A stretch of 64,000 bases of DNA from Perkinsus chesapeaki ATCC PRA-425 (taxonomy: Eukaryota; Protista; Perkinsozoa), in contig JAAPAO010000132.1 in assembly GCA_013115145.1 (NCBI GenBank), positions 1 through 64,000 of the forward strand. Reading direction: 5' to 3'. This document shows, in pieces, positions 60,346 through 64,000 of this stretch. How positions within the stretch are numbered: position 1 is the first letter of the stretch; every line of letters begins with the position of its first letter. The notes beneath the pieces are model-generated. The model did no database searches. It had not been told where the DNA came from and was given only the letters and a program-made list of their open reading frames with translations. The position numbers and the translations under genes are program-made.

Positions 60346-63300
60346 ATGGCATCAGAAGTTGGATTATCTTCGACGACGCCACGGTCTGCTTCATCAGCCG
60401 GAAGACTGTAAGTCTCGCTACGAGATTCTTTCCAGTGTCCTTCAGGGTATCCACGCCCACGTCTTCGGTTGCGATGAGTGGTGTGTTCACGGCTCTTGCT
60501 GACTTTGTAGCAGACCAGGCGACCTTAAATAACATTACGAGCTGCGATGGCCGGAAGTCTTCAGAAAAAGCAGCTAGCTTGGTGAGTGACCAAGCAGTTT
60601 GAGACTATCACCAAGACTACCACTGTTGTCACTAGTTGCGTAGAGCCGCTGCAGCACTTCGCGAAGATCACGGTGACAAGAAAGGGACGTCGAACTTCGA
60701 CTGCATCCGAGCACAAAACGCATTTCATGAGAATCTTCGACTGCTCACACATTCGTTAAGTCACTACCACAGTACTCTCACATCAGGCAGGAAAACCACA
60801 CACCACACTTTCGAAGCTACTTCCGGTTTGTTCAGCTCCAACTAGTACCGCGACTTCGTTGGGGAAAAATGCCCCTGAAGGTTCCTTGTCAACAGTAACC
60901 AGCAGTGCCGTGACGCCGGTCGAGTCTGCCGTGATGGACTTACTCGCCAGTACGTGGTGCGGCATCGCCAACATCACTAACTATGGCATTATTTCAGGCA
61001 GCACTATCAAGTCAGATTCAGAGCTCAATAGAAGGCTAGATGAGCTAGTAGCCTCACCGACATGCGACACAACTCCGACCGTTAACCGATCGGAGTCGGC
61101 AGATTCACTCAGAGACATCGGCTGGAGGGCTACCTCATGTAGACGAGGACCGCTTACTGTCGCCATCACGGATATCTACTCTATATCGGTCGTTGTCGGT
61201 AAAGCTGTGTGATGGCGGCCGACTAGTATACATGCGTATAGCGTTGATTCCGGCCTCTCTCACCGGTGCTAGGTGGGAGGCCATTCATGGATGCTTACCG
61301 CTAATCTTGTCATCTTTGCTATCACCCATTCCGAAGATCGCCTTCTACAGTCGCGAGTCGAGCTTCCACTATTATTAATCGCCCCGAACTGGCCAAGACT
61401 TCCTTATTGGACAGTCCCTTCTATCGTGGCTTTTTATTCAACTACCCGGTCAGATCCTCGATCCCCATCGGCCGGGCTCACATCTGGTATACTGGAGGAG
61501 GGCTCACATTCCGAGCACTATGTCCCGCGAGCTTCCAGGTGAGGAGAGCGTCTCCTGTCGAACATCGAGGCATGTTCCCGAGCGATCAGGCTACCTGGAT
61601 ATCCCGACCCTCCGCCTGATGAATGGGGCGACTGGGATGAGTACCGCGATGATCGTGATCCTGGGTATAGAATCCGTGACATTGAGGAGTCTGAGCTCAT
61701 GAGAGAGATCGCTCGGAAGGAGCACCGTGGGGCAACGACCACCGCTGACAGTCATCTGCTCGTAGCATTGACAGAGCTTTCTCACTACTGTTCACGTGAG
61801 GTTAGGCCGCTGATGGAGGAGAACGTGCGGCCGAGGTTATTACGGAAATGAATGACGATGACGACGAATTATTAATGGTGCGTTGTAGGGGTGCTCATCC
61901 TTCAGTCTTTAGTAATCACACTGCCAAAGCACAGTTCTCTCGCTGCAGTCACTGCACTTATAGCATCCTCAACAGGCTCACCCCGCTGTCCGGTCCGGAC
62001 CAGCCAATGCTCCCGTATCCCATCACACCGGCGCGGCTGCTGCTTCGGCCAGAGGGGAGGCGCTACTCGGAGACCTGCAGCCTGAAAGTACCGTGGTCCG
62101 GCTCTACCATGTCGCACTTGAAGAGCTCTAGGTCGGACTTATGACAAACCGCCGAGCCCAGCTTTTGGTGCTCGTGCAGCAGAGATACCCCAAGAGAGAC
62201 CAGCGAAGGCGAGCGACAACTCTCAGCTACTACCAGCTCAAGAATCTCGGACAAGCCTCAAGTGCGAACAGTGCATTGTTTGGATATTTCCTACGGATAC
62301 TTTGCCATAAGTCTTTGCGCATTTCTTGTCAATGCTGCGTCAGGTATGATGCCTATGGGAAGGCACATGAAGTTACCGTGTACAAGACAGAGGTCTCAGC
62401 GCGGCATGATATTGCCATGTGGCGGAGGAACAGCCTCATCCACAGGTCCCCACGGACTTCTACTAGTGATGACTTTTATCCAGTGAAATGGTACAAAATT
62501 CTCATCGTGTTCCCCATAGTCGCCGGACCAGGCATAAGGAGACATCTCTCGAGGCCATACCAACTGCTGGTAGCAAAACTATGCGGACACCCCCGCGGCC
62601 TGAGTCTTGTAAGATATTCGTAAATAGTTGTCCATGGGAAGGTCGAGCCACTTCAGGTACGTATGATGTGTTGCCCCTCAATATCGTATATGAGAGGAAC
62701 AGAACGGGTTTTGAGGAGACGAAAGAATTCCAGGTTGTCACGAACATGGTTATCGCAGCCAGGTGAGCCAGCGTTGTGGTTTGGTGACACTGATGTCATC
62801 AGCCAGGTATAGAGTGACGGGATTCCTCGGCTCGGCAGCTTTCAGCAAAGCTGTGCAGGCCTGGGATATGCGCCTTAAACAGCATGTGATCAGCCTCTTT
62901 CTGCGCCCGTGTCATCAAGAGCTCTTTCCGCCGCCTTAGGTGTGCATGAAGATCATCAAGAATGATAAGGACTTTTTCGACCAAAGCCTTGATGAGATCA
63001 AGCTTCTCAGTCTGCTGCAGCTCAATGCGCCAGAAGGGGACATTGACAGGGCTCGATGCCTAAGGTAGGACGCAAACTTCCCGCTGCTGTGTGTTCACTC
63101 CCGCGATGCTATCTTCCAGAATGATCGACTATTTCTATCACAAGGAGCATCTTATTATTGTAACGGAACTTCTAAGGGACAATCTGTAAGCTGCCCGCTC
63201 GCCTTCGGTAATAAATGTTCCTGCATTTTCCAGGTACGAGTTTTCTAAACTCACTCGGGTTAGGTCTCCACCTCAACCTCAATCACCACTGCCGGCCTTC

Positions 63301-64000
63301 GGAAGCCCGATAGGGGGCACTCCAACAGCCTTACCGGTACAATCCAACGACACTGGCTTCTAGATGAGAGATATATCCATCAGGAAGCATCGCCTCCGGT
63401 GTCTCATTACTTCACAATTGGACGACTTCAGAAGATAACACAGCAGGCAAGTGTTAAGCGTATTACTACTAGTAGAGCTGTTGAATAACTGTAAGGTCCT
63501 CACAGCTTTGGAGTACATCCACTCTATGGGTTTAATGCACTGTGATTTGAAGCCGGAGAATATCCTCTTCCAAAGCTATACTGATGCTACTGTCAAGGTC
63601 AGCCTCAACCATAGTCACCCGCCTTGTCACGACATTCTCAGGTCATCGATTTCGGCAGCAGTTGCTTCATTACCGACCAGTTAGCAACTTATATTCAAAG
63701 CAGATGTTATCGTGCACCCGAGGTGATGATGGCGTTCCTTCCTCTTTAGCACCCAAGCTCGGCCTTGTAGGTTATTCTCGGGCTCTCCTATGATACTTCA
63801 ATAGACATTTGGTCCCTAGGGTGTATCGTTGCTGAGCTTTGGACCTCAACCGTGCTCTTCCAGAATGACTCGGTAAGTCGAAGTCTCGTGATAACTAGTG
63901 ACGTGTACAATCTGCTGTGATCAGGTTCAAAGTCTTCTTGCTCGTGTAGTTGGTATTATTGGCCCCTTCCCAGAGCACATGATGCAATTAGGAAAGTGAG
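60346..64000 (+). CDS. DYRK-family kinase (plant/protist type), truncated by the window end
   Basis: [97 protein letters not shown] and IDIWSLGC. Long Ser-rich N-terminus from ATG 60346 (start tentative). Confidence 0.92.

Overview
Gene-dense, intron-rich eukaryotic nuclear DNA. Many GT-AG introns are only about 38-55 nt, intergenic gaps are a few hundred bp, and the window carries an alveolate-type kelch phosphatase and GK-repeat tails. This is most consistent with a perkinsozoan alveolate (Perkinsus-like); the taxon is inferred, not proven. The supplied ORF track mostly shows exon fragments and antisense shadows, so I rebuilt gene models by hand across splice sites, and their outer ends are approximate. 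Left to right: ankyrin-repeat gene (+); intronless MmpL/RND transporter (+); an 11-kb RICTOR (TORC2 subunit) gene (-); small membrane protein (-); mitoferrin (+); alanine-glyoxylate aminotransferase ending in a PTS1 (-); half-size ABCG transporter (+); a block of lineage-specific secreted/His-rich proteins; an LSD1-like flavin amine oxidase fused to an extended PHD finger (+); paraoxonase-family lactonase (-); two tandem mitochondrial carriers (-); DBP4/DDX10 helicase (-); ankyrin protein (-); TDY MAP kinase (+); Ap4A phosphorylase (+); PPKL/BSU1-like phosphatase (+) with candidate intronic snoRNAs; a secreted protein (-); a hypothetical gene; and a DYRK kinase running off the right end. I found no CRISPR array, rRNA, intact tRNA or recognisable transposase. 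The most unusual signals are two orphan tRNA 3' halves at gene boundaries, the amine oxidase-ePHD fusion, the intronless bacterial-type MmpL, and structured over-long introns.
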